Below, piece after piece: positions 1-9,638 of a stretch of DNA of 32,000 nt (position 1 is its first letter; each line of letters opens with the position of its first letter). Source of the DNA: Salmonella phage PMBT18; sequence record PP926505.1; one strand, written 5' to 3'. The position numbers were made by a program, and so were the translations under genes. The notes under the pieces were generated by a model, which worked only from the letters and a program-made list of their open reading frames with translations, was not told the origin of the DNA and made no database searches.

Positions 1-255
1 GGCGCGGGCAATTGTTTTGGCACTGACGCCATAAACTGATGCCAGAGAAGAATTGCTTTCACCTTTGCTGCTCTTGGTTTGTATTTCTTGAATCTGTTCT
101 GTGGTCAGAGACTTAATCGAAGCTGGATCCACTCCCAGTTCTTTATCCGACACGCGTTGTATCATTGAGCGCGGTACGCCCAATTCACTGGCTATTGAAC
201 TTTGACTTCTGTTCTCATTCAACAGCTTGAGAATACGTTTTTCTATAGCATTCAT
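1..255 (-). CDS. rIIB: rIIB-like protein, N-terminal part (truncated by window edge)
   Basis: Read by hand: MNAIEKRILKLLNENRSQSSIASELGVPRSMIQRVSDKELGVDPASIKSLTTEQIQEIQTKSSKGESNSSLASVYGVSAKTIARA; helix-turn-helix-like repeats as at the rIIB N-terminus, directly downstream of rIIA-like gene on the same strand. Confidence 0.65.
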   Translation of the reverse strand, partial: MNAIEKRILKLLNENRSQSSIASELGVPRSMIQRVSDKELGVDPASIKSLTTEQIQEIQTKSSKGESNSSLASVYGVSAKTIARA

Positions 256-287
256 CTTGTAGTTCTCACTGTGGGGTAATGGGGCTA

Positions 288-3023
288 TTATGCCCCGAGA
301 ATACGTTTTGAAATAGCCTTCACAAATCTAGTGGCATCTTCAATCGCGTTGTGTGCCGAAGGCTGATATTTTGACATCATGAATTTCACCAAACGATGAC
401 ATTCAACTCGGTATCGGTTTTTGGCCTTTTGCTTTTGGGATATAGTGCTAGTGACCTTTATCTCATCAAATCCTTCAGCAGTTAATTTTTCATTCAATAA
501 ATCAACAACTTGAGTTAACTGGTTACAGGCGCGGAAAAATCTCGTAGTTGAGAAAGGCATTTCTATATGATAATGTAATTCCTCAACAGCCTTGCGGAAA
601 TAACCGTACCCCGATCCAGACGGATTTCGTTTGGCCAGCATACGAACAATCTTCCATTCTTCTTCAGTGATTTGTTGTTTCGCATAACTGATGATTGCTT
701 TTGCCCTGTGTTGATGATGGGCATAGCCATCCGTAACTTTTCCATGGGAATCAATCAACAGCTTGGCACCATAATCAATGCGATGAGACATGATGTTTAT
801 ACCCTTGCGAAGTTTCAGGAGTTTCTTAGATTCAAGCGCCTGAAATTCATCTTTATAATGCTCAAGCAACATATCAAACACTGCGTCAATGGGGATGAAT
901 ACTTCAGGAAATTTCTTCATCATCGGAACAGATTTACGACGCGCAAGAACGATCGTCGGATGAGCGCCCAGCAGACCGAACATATTTTCATTCTGGCCAA
1001 ATATAGTCCTCTCCATGGCTTCCCGTAAATTACCCGCCGTTCTCTCTCGTAAAACTGATCCATGTATATCATGAATACATTCACGACCGGATATTTCGAT
1101 ATACACGATCTTTTTACCGGAATCAATAATATCCGAAATGGTCTTTCCGTCCAATTCATAAACTTTATCAAAATTAAAAGAATTGTAATGGAAACCAAAC
1201 ATTCCAGGATCTTTTTCAACCGTAGGGCGAACATATTCCATTTCATGCATAAAATATACTTCGTCCGGATTGAATAAGTCACTGAAAACGTCAACCATTT
1301 TATCTGCAAACACCAGATAGTCCGGCGTCGATTCTTGTACACCAATCCATGATTCAAAATAGGACTTCAACTCTTCATAGTTGGTATATGCCTCTTTATG
1401 AATTTCCAGCTGATTCCGGTTACTGGCGTAATTTTCATTCAATTTGACTACGATAACCACATCGAAATTATTACGTGCTGTCTGTATCTTTAAATTTCTG
1501 GCGCGGTTGGAGTTGTCAATAATGACAGCGATCTTTGATTTAGCTTTCAGCCAATTTCCAACAGAAGTGACATAAATTTCATCAAACACGCTTCCTTCAT
1601 CATAAACTTCAACATCATACGGGCTACCCAATGAACGGAAAGGTGCATCCATAGAATAATCACGCACGACATCGGGTGTTCCCACATAACGGAACTTGCC
1701 TTTGTAAAAACGATTGTCTACAGGAAATTCCCGTTCGACCAATTTACGGAAACCACTACCGAACATATCAGTCAGCTGAGTCTTTTTCATATACAACATA
1801 AGAGGACCCATTGACTCCGCTTGGCGAAGTTCATACATCTTCGCTTGCATGATATTTTCGGCCACATGCTTGAATACGCGGTTCAGGCTTTCGCGAGTGA
1901 ACTCGTCGTATGACAAGTCTTCACGTGATGGCGGTACATTCAGTTCTCCAAGTTCGAAGAAGGTATAGGAACTCGGGAATTTTTCCAGCACTGTGCATAT
2001 TTCGGAGTCTAATTGGTCGAGGTCTATCGGGTAAGAAACCCCGCCCATGACAGCATAGTGGATGTTGTCGGAATCCGACTTCGGTTGGATATATGTGTTG
2101 CCTACACGGTTTTCGAAGTTGATGTCAGACCAACGGAAAGAATAACTGGCGTTTTCAACCTTCGGACGCATTGAAGGTCGCATCACTCGACCCAAACGGA
2201 CCAACTCTTGTTCAAAGGCGGTAAAACGCTGATTCTTTACAGGAACTTTAACAGTCAGGCCGTTGAACTCATCAGTGTCTTCCGGTTTAGGATCACGGGT
2301 ATCTAAATCTTTGGTAATGAGATCTACAGTTGGGATTCTGTCCGCATTCAGATACATCAGGAAGCGATACAGTTTCCCTTCATAGCGACTTTCCACTGTA
2401 AATGAATCAGATACAGCAAATGGGGATTTAGAACCTAGCCCAAACGCCCCTATTTGCCCGTCGTCGTCCTCTTTTGTACTATGGAAGAGTGTTGTATACA
2501 AACCAGGTCCACGAATGATCTCGCCATCCTCAGCGCGGAATACCAGTACCCCATTATAATAACCAGGTGTACCAATAACAGCAGTGCTATCAGGGATTTC
2601 GTCTTCCTTCACGACGATATTACCTTCAACCAGCACTTCATCTTCACGCGCTGTAATAGGCTCGCCGATGATCATTTCTAATGGAAGACCAACCCCATAA
2701 TCTTTAATTTCCAGCCAGGGTTCCATAACATCCGGTAAATGTACAACAACAGGAGTTCCCTTGGGGGCAAGATGTTTGCTGTATCGTTGAGGCATAGGGG
2801 TGAGAGGAGCATAATACGATGGCATCCAGCGTTGTTGGCGATCACGCATATTATGCGAGTCTATACCATTACACAACGTCTCACGCAAAGACGCCGCCTC
2901 TTTATATTTGTAGAGACTTGAGAATAATGTTTCAAATAATTTATCCGTCATCTTGACATTGAATGTCTGTCCGACGATGGTAGAAGAAGAGCGCACGAAA
3001 TGCTCGGACTTGCGCATTTTCAT
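288..3023 (-). CDS. rIIA: rIIA-like protein (GHKL-type ATPase N-terminus)
   Basis: 911 aa; IKDYGVGLP and GQIGAFGLGSKSPFAVSDSFTVESRYEGKLYRFLMY motifs typical of phage rIIA proteins; adjacent rIIB-like gene. Confidence 0.85.
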   Translation of the reverse strand: MKMRKSEHFVRSSSTIVGQTFNVKMTDKLFETLFSSLYKYKEAASLRETLCNGIDSHNMRDRQQRWMPSYYAPLTPMPQRYSKHLAPKGTPVVVHLPDVMEPWLEIKDYGVGLPLEMIIGEPITAREDEVLVEGNIVVKEDEIPDSTAVIGTPGYYNGVLVFRAEDGEIIRGPGLYTTLFHSTKEDDDGQIGAFGLGSKSPFAVSDSFTVESRYEGKLYRFLMYLNADRIPTVDLITKDLDTRDPKPEDTDEFNGLTVKVPVKNQRFTAFEQELVRLGRVMRPSMRPKVENASYSFRWSDINFENRVGNTYIQPKSDSDNIHYAVMGGVSYPIDLDQLDSEICTVLEKFPSSYTFFELGELNVPPSREDLSYDEFTRESLNRVFKHVAENIMQAKMYELRQAESMGPLMLYMKKTQLTDMFGSGFRKLVEREFPVDNRFYKGKFRYVGTPDVVRDYSMDAPFRSLGSPYDVEVYDEGSVFDEIYVTSVGNWLKAKSKIAVIIDNSNRARNLKIQTARNNFDVVIVVKLNENYASNRNQLEIHKEAYTNYEELKSYFESWIGVQESTPDYLVFADKMVDVFSDLFNPDEVYFMHEMEYVRPTVEKDPGMFGFHYNSFNFDKVYELDGKTISDIIDSGKKIVYIEISGRECIHDIHGSVLRERTAGNLREAMERTIFGQNENMFGLLGAHPTIVLARRKSVPMMKKFPEVFIPIDAVFDMLLEHYKDEFQALESKKLLKLRKGINIMSHRIDYGAKLLIDSHGKVTDGYAHHQHRAKAIISYAKQQITEEEWKIVRMLAKRNPSGSGYGYFRKAVEELHYHIEMPFSTTRFFRACNQLTQVVDLLNEKLTAEGFDEIKVTSTISQKQKAKNRYRVECHRLVKFMMSKYQPSAHNAIEDATRFVKAISKRILGA

Positions 3024-3099
3024 AGTATAGAATTCCTGTTCAGATCAAAGAAGAACACATTATTGGGTAAGGTTATGATACTGGCGGGTGGTTCAATAG

Positions 3100-3123
3100 A
3101 AAAGCCTCCAATCGGAGGCTTTA
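3100..3123 (-). terminator. Intrinsic terminator-like hairpin
   Basis: AAAAGCCTCC-AATC-GGAGGCTTTT, 10 bp perfect stem, between genes. Confidence 0.7.
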
Positions 3124-3130
3124 ATCAGGA

Positions 3131-3484
3131 TTAACTTCCCTGAACGTTTACAACGGTGGCGTTGAAATTGAATATCGGGTGGGTGGCACCTGGCTCTAAC
3201 GTCTCTTCCAGATAACCCACAATATTGCGCGTCACAGATTTCGGCTCTGCGCGGGAAGGCTTCGTTGCGCCGAGGTCAATAATGCTCGAAGTGACTTGTT
3301 CAACCTGAGTGTGATTGACAACAAAATGATAACGACTACCGAAGGCCGCAACTTCAACTTCTGTTATTTCTAAACCACTCAATTCAGAGCTGTTCAACTG
3401 CTTCACATTCAATTGAGAGCGGAGGTGCTCTACAATATTGCTGTAAACATATTGTGGTGTGATCAGCTGTTCAATAGAACTCAT
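3131..3484 (-). CDS. Hypothetical protein
   Basis: 117 aa ORF in a tight minus-strand array. Confidence 0.7.
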   Translation of the reverse strand: MSSIEQLITPQYVYSNIVEHLRSQLNVKQLNSSELSGLEITEVEVAAFGSRYHFVVNHTQVEQVTSSIIDLGATKPSRAEPKSVTRNIVGYLEETLEPGATHPIFNFNATVVNVQGS

Positions 3485-3493
3485 GACATATCC

Positions 3494-3787
3494 TCATTTC
3501 TTTGGGGGTTTATTGTTACTTAAACGGATCACCTCTGCTCGAAGGAAGAGGATTTCATCGGCCATCATTTTACCTTCTTGAAACATAACATGACATCGTG
3601 ATGATCTGGGTTCACCTTCCGATAATGCGTGAAGGCGATATTCGGGGATGACATCATTTACGGCGTTTCTTTTTGTTCTTTCCATGGGTCTTGGCCTTTT
3701 TAGGACGACTGACGGAAGGACGAGCATGCCCAGGTTCCCCAGGGGTACACCCTTGTGCATAACGATGATCATCCCAGAGACGACCAT
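3494..3787 (-). CDS. Hypothetical protein (start uncertain; internal Met at MERTKRN likely)
   Basis: Overlaps 3654-3881 in another frame; a downstream start would reduce the overlap. Confidence 0.45.
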   Translation of the reverse strand: MVVSGMIIVMHKGVPLGNLGMLVLPSVVLKRPRPMERTKRNAVNDVIPEYRLHALSEGEPRSSRCHVMFQEGKMMADEILFLRAEVIRLSNNKPPKK

Positions 3788-3881
3788 TATGCGTCATATC
3801 TTCAGCCATGGCGGACAAAGCAAGGGTTGCTACAGTCGCAGCAGATAATGGTTTAGACATTTGTTTCACCTTTTGCTGCAT
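3654..3881 (-). CDS. Hypothetical basic small protein
   Basis: 75 aa, Lys/Arg-rich C-terminus; overlaps neighbouring ORF. Confidence 0.4.
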   Translation of the reverse strand: MQQKVKQMSKPLSAATVATLALSAMAEDMTHNGRLWDDHRYAQGCTPGEPGHARPSVSRPKKAKTHGKNKKKRRK

Positions 3882-4299
3882 ACGACAGAGCTTTTACGAT
3901 CATAACAGCCAAACCGATAGGATCGTATGCATTGTCGAATTCTTGTTCTATGTTCTGGCGAATTTCATCAGAAGATTGTACTTCAGAGCAGTTCTTACTC
4001 TGTCTGCGTTTCTCTTGCTCGACTAGATCTTTGAACAGAAGGTCTTTGAAAGAATACTCATCGAAGTTTTCAAGATACTGTTGGATGCTTGGTTGTTTTA
4101 CATCCATCGTTTGACGCAAATTGCTAATAGTTGAACTTGCCTGTTCGCGGTGTTTGTTCATAACAGCAAAGTTAACGGGCTTGCCCCAAGCATTCATCAC
4201 TAGATTAGAGCATACTTGGCCAAAGAGATCTTGAAAGGCATCGTCCATGTGGATCAACGCAGTGGCCAATTCTTCATAAGTTGGTTTTTGAGTAGTCAT
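3853..4299 (-). CDS. Hypothetical protein
   Basis: 148 aa, start overlaps the upstream gene stop (coupled arrangement). Confidence 0.75.
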   Translation of the reverse strand: MTTQKPTYEELATALIHMDDAFQDLFGQVCSNLVMNAWGKPVNFAVMNKHREQASSTISNLRQTMDVKQPSIQQYLENFDEYSFKDLLFKDLVEQEKRRQSKNCSEVQSSDEIRQNIEQEFDNAYDPIGLAVMIVKALSYAAKGETNV

Positions 4300-4667
4300 T
4301 TTCGTTTGCTCCGATTTTTATATTTCTTAGCCTGACGTTTATGTTGGGCGGCTCCATATAGGCGCGGCGGCTTTTGATAACGTTGTGACGCAATTATATC
4401 TCTGTCATCGGCTTCTGCTTCACAATACGAAATATCTGCCTTCCGTAACTGAGCCACCGCTTGAGATACCAATGTTTTGCGTTCACTTTCTACCAGATCA
4501 TCACAAATTATCATGCGTTCACCTGGTTCACAACGACGTTTAGGAATATCGTCTACACTGATACATTCTACTTCAACGCCTTTCAACTTTTCTTGAAGGA
4601 TAATGGCCATAGTACGAGCGCCCACCCCTCCTCCAATAATTGCAATCTTTCTTGGCTTGTCAGACAT
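4296..4667 (-). CDS. Small protein with Rossmann-like dinucleotide-binding motif
   Basis: MSDKPRKIAIIGGGVGARTMAIIL: GxGxxG after a beta-strand. Internal Met preferred over the track start because GGAATG precedes it. Confidence 0.6.
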   Translation of the reverse strand: MSDKPRKIAIIGGGVGARTMAIILQEKLKGVEVECISVDDIPKRRCEPGERMIICDDLVESERKTLVSQAVAQLRKADISYCEAEADDRDIIASQRYQKPPRLYGAAQHKRQAKKYKNRSKRK

Positions 4668-4697
4668 AATACATTCCATAAAAAAGAGGATAGAGCA

Positions 4698-4723
4698 ATA
4701 ATACCCTATCCCCCTTTATTGAA
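4698..4723 (-). promoter_or_regulatory. TTCAAT-N14-TATTAT promoter-like element with embedded hairpin
   Basis: TTCAAT (4723-4718), 14 nt, TATTAT (4703-4698); GGATAG/CTATCC arms at 4706-4711 and 4688-4693, then a T-rich tract. Confidence 0.6.
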
Positions 4724-4729
4724 GAACGA

Positions 4730-5155
4730 TTAGTCTTTGGATTCTACTTTATCACCGCGCAGATCCTGGACGGGTTTGCCATCCGGCGACATGATGTAGA
4801 TGGTGTTAATTGTCTCAAACCAAGATAGTTCATCAACTCCTTCAGTGTATGGAGTTACCGGAACTGAAGTTTTGATATGATAACCATCGTTATTTGGGGT
4901 GCCATCAGACTTCAGCACTGGCTCCAGGAAGGTGAAACGACCATTTGGATAAATCACCCCGCCTTTAAACATCCGGATCTTCTTGCGAGGATTATTGGCT
5001 TCGCCCAGACACACCACCAAATGATGGATCATTTCGGGGCGCGTCAACAACGTGTCGTCACGGATAATGCCCTGCTTGACAGCAGAGATTACCACTTCGT
5101 CCAACAGCGCCTGCTGCTGGTCCAGCGTCAGTGATTCAGTAAGTTTCAGAGCCAT
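4730..5155 (-). CDS. Hypothetical protein
   Basis: Start MALKLTESL at 5155 overlaps the stop of the small upstream ORF (TAATG). Confidence 0.7.
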   Translation of the reverse strand: MALKLTESLTLDQQQALLDEVVISAVKQGIIRDDTLLTRPEMIHHLVVCLGEANNPRKKIRMFKGGVIYPNGRFTFLEPVLKSDGTPNNDGYHIKTSVPVTPYTEGVDELSWFETINTIYIMSPDGKPVQDLRGDKVESKD

Positions 5156-5283
5156 TATTCGTACCCCAAACATTTGTTTAAGAAAGTCAGGACATCATCC
5201 ATGGTCTTGACCTCAATTTCAATGCCGAGTTGTTCCGCCAACTTGTTGGTGTTCTCGACGATCTCTTTGTCTCGCGCAGACAT
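5155..5283 (-). CDS. Small hypothetical protein (42 aa) missed by the ORF track
   Basis: MSARDKEIVENTNKLAEQLGIEIEVKTMDDVLTFLNKCLGYE*; fills the gap and overlaps the next start codon. Confidence 0.7.
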   Translation of the reverse strand: MSARDKEIVENTNKLAEQLGIEIEVKTMDDVLTFLNKCLGYE

Positions 5284-5287
5284 GATG

Positions 5288-5857
5288 TCAGCCTTTGAAG
5301 TTGATCGGTTTCTGAACCCCAGCGTCAAACGCGGCCTGGGTACGGGTATCGCTCACCACCTGGCAGGTCTTGTCAAGATCGATGCGCGGGTAGCCAAACA
5401 CACCAGCAATCAACGAACCAGGGAACTGAGCCAGCTTGGTTTCGTACATCGCGCAGATGTCAAGCTTCTTGGTCTGACTGATACGGAACTCATCGCGGCC
5501 TGAGCTGATGACAACCTGGATCTCTTTGTACAGGCTGGAATCGAACTGAATGTTCTGTTCCTGGATCCACTGCATCACAGCCTTGGAACCATCAGCGCCA
5601 TAACGCCCTTCGAATGTACCTTTGATCACTTCCTTCAGGCCGTCTTTGTACATGTCAGGAATCTGCGCCGTTTCCTGAACTTTGAGCGTGTAGTTGCTCA
5701 GGTAGTTCTCGGAGTCTTTGTTGAACTTCTTGACCTGCTGCTCAGTGCGGTTGAAGTCGTTGAAATAACTGACGAAACTACCAACACAGATTACAACAAA
5801 AGCCAGAATCGCCAACCCAACGATCCAACCAATTGAAATACCTTTACGTTGTGACAT
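5288..5857 (-). CDS. LemA-like membrane-anchored protein
   Basis: 189 aa; N-terminal TM helix, then a helical region resembling LemA-family proteins. Confidence 0.5.
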   Translation of the reverse strand: MSQRKGISIGWIVGLAILAFVVICVGSFVSYFNDFNRTEQQVKKFNKDSENYLSNYTLKVQETAQIPDMYKDGLKEVIKGTFEGRYGADGSKAVMQWIQEQNIQFDSSLYKEIQVVISSGRDEFRISQTKKLDICAMYETKLAQFPGSLIAGVFGYPRIDLDKTCQVVSDTRTQAAFDAGVQKPINFKG

Positions 5858-5872
5858 CTTTACATCCTCTTG

Positions 5873-6982
5873 TTAAAACAAACGTTTATAAGTTCGACCA
5901 TTGTACTGCATGCGGCCTAATATGAAAACTGCGGTAAATGGGATACATCCAAACAGCACGACGATAATCACTTCCCAAGTTTTAAGATCTCGCAATTTCA
6001 GATATTCCATTTCCTTCATCTCAACTCGGTTGTATCCCTTACTGATATTGACCGCAACTTCTTGGAACACGGATATGCCCATTGGTTTCCCAGTCAATGA
6101 AAGTCCGTTACGAGAATGGAGTTCCATGTTGTTCATGCCGTCGGCAAATGACGTAGACTTACCCCAATTAATTTTCATATCCTTTGAAATATCGGTGACT
6201 ACAATAACATCGTTCTTTTTACCGCCAGACCATGCATATAGAAGTCCCTGAAAATATTCAACAGGCTGGCCAGAAGTCACAACCCAAACGATATTAACCT
6301 GACGTGAAGCACCTAATGTTTTCAGAGTATTGTTCAGATAATCATTCCAGTAATCAACAGGAATGTCCATCCCTGACATATTCAGAACACGAGTTACTCG
6401 GTAATAATCATACACCCTCGGATATGAAGGGATATGCTCTTTGAACTTCTCGGCGAATTGCTGGTCAGATTTAGAGAATAATGAATCTTTGTTGCCCAGC
6501 ACATAATTCATATATGAATGTTCACGTGCCGCAGGTTCCCCGATTTTAACTTGTGCCCAACGCGGAGGCTCTGTAGTACCCTGACGATCAATACGGTCAA
6601 TGCTCAGATCACCGACGGTTGTTAATACGTCCCAATCAACGTCATAAGAGTGCTCATAGCATGTGCTGCAATGACGCGTTTGTGTACAAGATCGGTTATT
6701 TCCTGAACCAGAGCAAGATGTTGTGTAATAACACATACATTCATAAGAATGTTCACAACCCACCTTATTCCGTTGCTTATCAGTTACATATCCATTCAGG
6801 ATTTCCACGTCCCCAGAACTACCAAGGGAGAAAGCAGCATATAATCCCGACTGGATAAGGCAAGACAATACGATAACAATGGCCGTGGCGATCAAAGTCT
6901 CCTTTGGCTCATGGGTCTTGCGGTGATATATTATAAACAAGATGGCCAAAATTACAGGAACCACAAACAGAAGGTAAATCAT
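5873..6982 (-). CDS. Membrane protein with Cys-rich segment
   Basis: 369 aa; two N-terminal TM helices, CEHSYECMCYYTTSCSGSGNNRSCTQTRHCSTCYEHSYD, C-terminal TM helix. Confidence 0.75.
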   Translation of the reverse strand: MIYLLFVVPVILAILFIIYHRKTHEPKETLIATAIVIVLSCLIQSGLYAAFSLGSSGDVEILNGYVTDKQRNKVGCEHSYECMCYYTTSCSGSGNNRSCTQTRHCSTCYEHSYDVDWDVLTTVGDLSIDRIDRQGTTEPPRWAQVKIGEPAAREHSYMNYVLGNKDSLFSKSDQQFAEKFKEHIPSYPRVYDYYRVTRVLNMSGMDIPVDYWNDYLNNTLKTLGASRQVNIVWVVTSGQPVEYFQGLLYAWSGGKKNDVIVVTDISKDMKINWGKSTSFADGMNNMELHSRNGLSLTGKPMGISVFQEVAVNISKGYNRVEMKEMEYLKLRDLKTWEVIIVVLFGCIPFTAVFILGRMQYNGRTYKRLF

Positions 6983-7365
6983 AACACACCATCCACGAGT
7001 TGTTCCTTCGTCATACCAAGAAGTTGATTTTTATGCTCAGATTTAGCCCCATTTTTCAACAACAGATCCCAACGTTCTTCATGATACTGTGGAGTTATTG
7101 CATCGTCAAAAGAAACATGGTGGCGATGCATAATTGTTGCAACGGTATGAAGAACGATTGCTGTTGCTCTTTTTAAAGCACGTGTATCCGTGATGTGGTC
7201 TTCATATTCGATTCCCATCAAATCGAGTTCTTTTCGGATATATGCTATAGACAAATCACCTTCAGAATGCAACGCGACGATAGCGGCTTTCTTAGGGTGG
7301 AGTGTACCATCCGTTTCTTTCATGAACAGATCGTACAGGTACTGTTTGTATTCGGACTGTGTCAT
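6979..7365 (-). CDS. Hypothetical protein
   Basis: 128 aa, start/stop overlaps with neighbours. Confidence 0.75.
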   Translation of the reverse strand: MTQSEYKQYLYDLFMKETDGTLHPKKAAIVALHSEGDLSIAYIRKELDLMGIEYEDHITDTRALKRATAIVLHTVATIMHRHHVSFDDAITPQYHEERWDLLLKNGAKSEHKNQLLGMTKEQLVDGVL

Positions 7366-7574
7366 TTAGATTCTCCCATGACGATAACAGGAGCGCCATT
7401 ACGGAAACAACTATATTCTGCAGGAAGACCTTCGCGAACCTTCTGGGCGAACGCTTCAGAAACAACCAAACGACCAACCAGAGGTTCTTTTTGTTTTGGG
7501 GTGGACTCAAAGTAATCACCAAAAGTCGCTTCCATATCGAGCGCAGACATGTCTTCAATTCGTTGCATTGCCAT
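7362..7574 (-). CDS. Hypothetical protein
   Basis: 70 aa, overlapping start/stop. Confidence 0.65.
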   Translation of the reverse strand: MAMQRIEDMSALDMEATFGDYFESTPKQKEPLVGRLVVSEAFAQKVREGLPAEYSCFRNGAPVIVMGESK

Positions 7575-7585
7575 GATATAGGACC

Positions 7586-7777
7586 TCAGTATAATTTCGT
7601 ATAAACTTGTTTAACGCCAATATCAGCAGGAGCTGTGCTCTGCCGCATATTATAGAATGCCAAATCTGCTTGTTCTTTGGTTTCAAAATCAACTACAACT
7701 GTGTGCACTGATATTGCTTCACCCTGTCCATAAGCATAACAACGACTGGTGACCAATATTTTGTATTGAGGTGTCAT
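7586..7777 (-). CDS. Hypothetical protein
   Basis: 63 aa, upstream AAGGATTGATTTT then ATG. Confidence 0.65.
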   Translation of the reverse strand: MTPQYKILVTSRCYAYGQGEAISVHTVVVDFETKEQADLAFYNMRQSTAPADIGVKQVYTKLY

Positions 7778-7814
7778 AAAATCAATCCTTGCAAAAAGAA
7801 AGGGGAACGGGCTA

Positions 7815-7840
7815 ATAATAACCCATTCCCCTTTATTGAA
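7815..7840 (-). promoter_or_regulatory. TTCAAT-N14-TATTAT promoter-like element inside terminator-like hairpin
   Basis: TTCAAT 7840-7835, TATTAT 7820-7815; 13-bp arms (one T.G) 7822-7834 and 7799-7811, followed by CTTTTT. Confidence 0.65.
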
Positions 7841-7859
7841 GAACGCAATCGCAATCAGA

Positions 7860-8027
7860 TTACTTTTTCTTCAGCTCGTCCAGTTTGGCTTCGATTTGTT
7901 CCAGGATGTCTTTACCCTTCTGAACAATCACTTCACCGTCTTGCGCGTGTTTACGAAAGACCAGAGCGCCAGCGATGAAGCCGACAACCACACCAGGAAG
8001 CGCATAAACCAACAAATCTTGTAACAT
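7860..8027 (-). CDS. Small membrane protein (55 aa) missed by the ORF track
   Basis: MLQDLLVYALPGVVVGFIAGALVFRKHAQDGEVIVQKGKDILEQIEAKLDELKKK*; GAGGA-like RBS and late-promoter-like TATAAATA upstream. Confidence 0.7.
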   Translation of the reverse strand: MLQDLLVYALPGVVVGFIAGALVFRKHAQDGEVIVQKGKDILEQIEAKLDELKKK

Positions 8028-8054
8028 GATAATATCCTCACTTTATAGCGAGGA

Positions 8055-8062
8055 TATTTATA
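8055..8062 (-). promoter_or_regulatory. T4-like late promoter motif TATAAATA
   Basis: Exact TATAAATA on the minus strand upstream of the 55-aa ORF. Confidence 0.6.
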
Positions 8063-9304
8063 TCAGCGTTTCAAGAGTGTCATGAGGTTCACACTTTTAG
8101 AAGGATACACAGTACCATTTCGGCTCATGGTGTCCAATTTACCAACTGACAAACAAACCTCAGACGGTTCCCAACGTGTGCCCTGCTGTAAATGCCAGAT
8201 ATGTAGGGGAACACCCGTCTCAAAGAACACAGGCATCTTCCACTTCTGGACGCCTGGAACGTGCCCTGCAGGAGCCTTCTCACATAACAGGGTATCTGGT
8301 AGCCAGAGTGAACGGGCTTCCCAGAGAGGTGCACAGGAGTATTCAGGCCAAATACGTTCCATATAATCGATCTCGTCCCATGTACGCTCGGCGTCCCACC
8401 CGATGTAACGGGTATTCTTCAGTCGGAAGAATTTCTTCAGCCAACAAGCACCGGAGGTCTCAAAGTTCAGACGATTGATAAACGTGATGTGGCCAAACTC
8501 TTCAACGCATTCCTGAAACGCTTTCTCAAGGTCGGTTTCGAGTATATCACATTCTTCGTCTGTAATAGGACAACCGTTGATCTTTTTCTTCCCGTGCTTA
8601 GTCACCCAATCATCACGGTTGGATAAGAACGCCGCGCCGTTACGATTGGATTCGCTACCATCACGGTCACGCAACATGAAACCAGGGACGTCAATGGTGT
8701 ATTCATCTCCGAAGACCATGTTCAGAGCTTCCAGGAAGTTCCAGGCGCTCAGGCGGCCGAAGTATTTCCAGGACATCGCCGTGTCCCACAACTGGGTGAA
8801 TTGTTCCGCCTTATCAATACACACCAACATCTCACGGAAAGCGTCATATTGAGTACGGCCAGCCAGCCAGTCAATGTAGGACTGAACGCACGGAATCATC
8901 TTCGACTTGCGGTAGCGGCAGTCGGTATCGAAGCGCATGCGTTCAAAGTTCAGGTTGTACCAATCACAGAAGCGCTGCATCTCTTCTTTGGATTGAGGAG
9001 GCACAGGAAACTCGCTGTAGATCGTCCATGGACCGATGGCGTTGTAGCAACACCCCCACAGGAATGCCATCCAGATCTTACGTTCTACTTTCTGAGCAAG
9101 ACTGATGCCTTCTGTAACCTCGATGGCATAATCCATCAGACGGACTTGCTGGTTATGCTCTTCAGTGTAGGATAGCGCCTCCACCCATGCCTTGAGCAGG
9201 TACATGCGATTTTCTGGCTTACGATAATCTACTGCCAGATCAATCGGGTATTTCCATTTTTCAGGGGCTTTATACCCCTGCGGCATTTTAGACAGATGCG
9301 TCAT
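8063..9304 (-). CDS. Putative amino acid:DNA transferase / alpha-glutamyl-putrescinyl thymine pyrophosphorylase-like protein
   Basis: 413 aa; WKYFGRLSAWNFLEALNMVFGD and DGSESNRNGAAFLSNRDDW resemble conserved blocks I recall from this phage-encoded family; adjacent P-loop kinase-like gene supports it. Confidence 0.5.
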   Translation of the reverse strand: MTHLSKMPQGYKAPEKWKYPIDLAVDYRKPENRMYLLKAWVEALSYTEEHNQQVRLMDYAIEVTEGISLAQKVERKIWMAFLWGCCYNAIGPWTIYSEFPVPPQSKEEMQRFCDWYNLNFERMRFDTDCRYRKSKMIPCVQSYIDWLAGRTQYDAFREMLVCIDKAEQFTQLWDTAMSWKYFGRLSAWNFLEALNMVFGDEYTIDVPGFMLRDRDGSESNRNGAAFLSNRDDWVTKHGKKKINGCPITDEECDILETDLEKAFQECVEEFGHITFINRLNFETSGACWLKKFFRLKNTRYIGWDAERTWDEIDYMERIWPEYSCAPLWEARSLWLPDTLLCEKAPAGHVPGVQKWKMPVFFETGVPLHIWHLQQGTRWEPSEVCLSVGKLDTMSRNGTVYPSKSVNLMTLLKR

Positions 9305-9638
9305 CCTTCACCTCGGCTTCGAGTTGGATATCTTCGGGGCTTACTACGGGCTGTCCCAGAGACCAGATAGGCAGGAAACGACGATCATTCGTCACCAACC
9401 AAATTTGCTTGGCGGTTTTCGTCTTTTCGGAAATAAAATGCTGGGCATTGACTTGTGTACGAGCCAAACCCACCTGACGCCAAGAACCGAAATCCTTAGA
9501 AGAAGGATTGGTATTCAGTTGAAATTGTGGGACGATTTTATTCTGTTCCGGATAATAACGGACAGCGTTAATCATCTTCGCATCACCACGGTAATCAATA
9601 GCAACAGCGACAACGTTGCGTGGAATGAGGATTTTCAT
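9288..9638 (-). CDS. Hypothetical protein
   Basis: Start MKILIPRN at 9638 preceded by AAGGAACC; overlaps neighbours. Confidence 0.7.
   Translation of the reverse strand: MKILIPRNVVAVAIDYRGDAKMINAVRYYPEQNKIVPQFQLNTNPSSKDFGSWRQVGLARTQVNAQHFISEKTKTAKQIWLVTNDRRFLPIWSLGQPVVSPEDIQLEAEVKDDASV

Noticed and set aside
672-1277. ORFs within rIIA and similar overlapping ORFs inside the polymerase gene
   Set aside because: Alternative-frame shadows of strongly supported coding sequences; no domain similarity.
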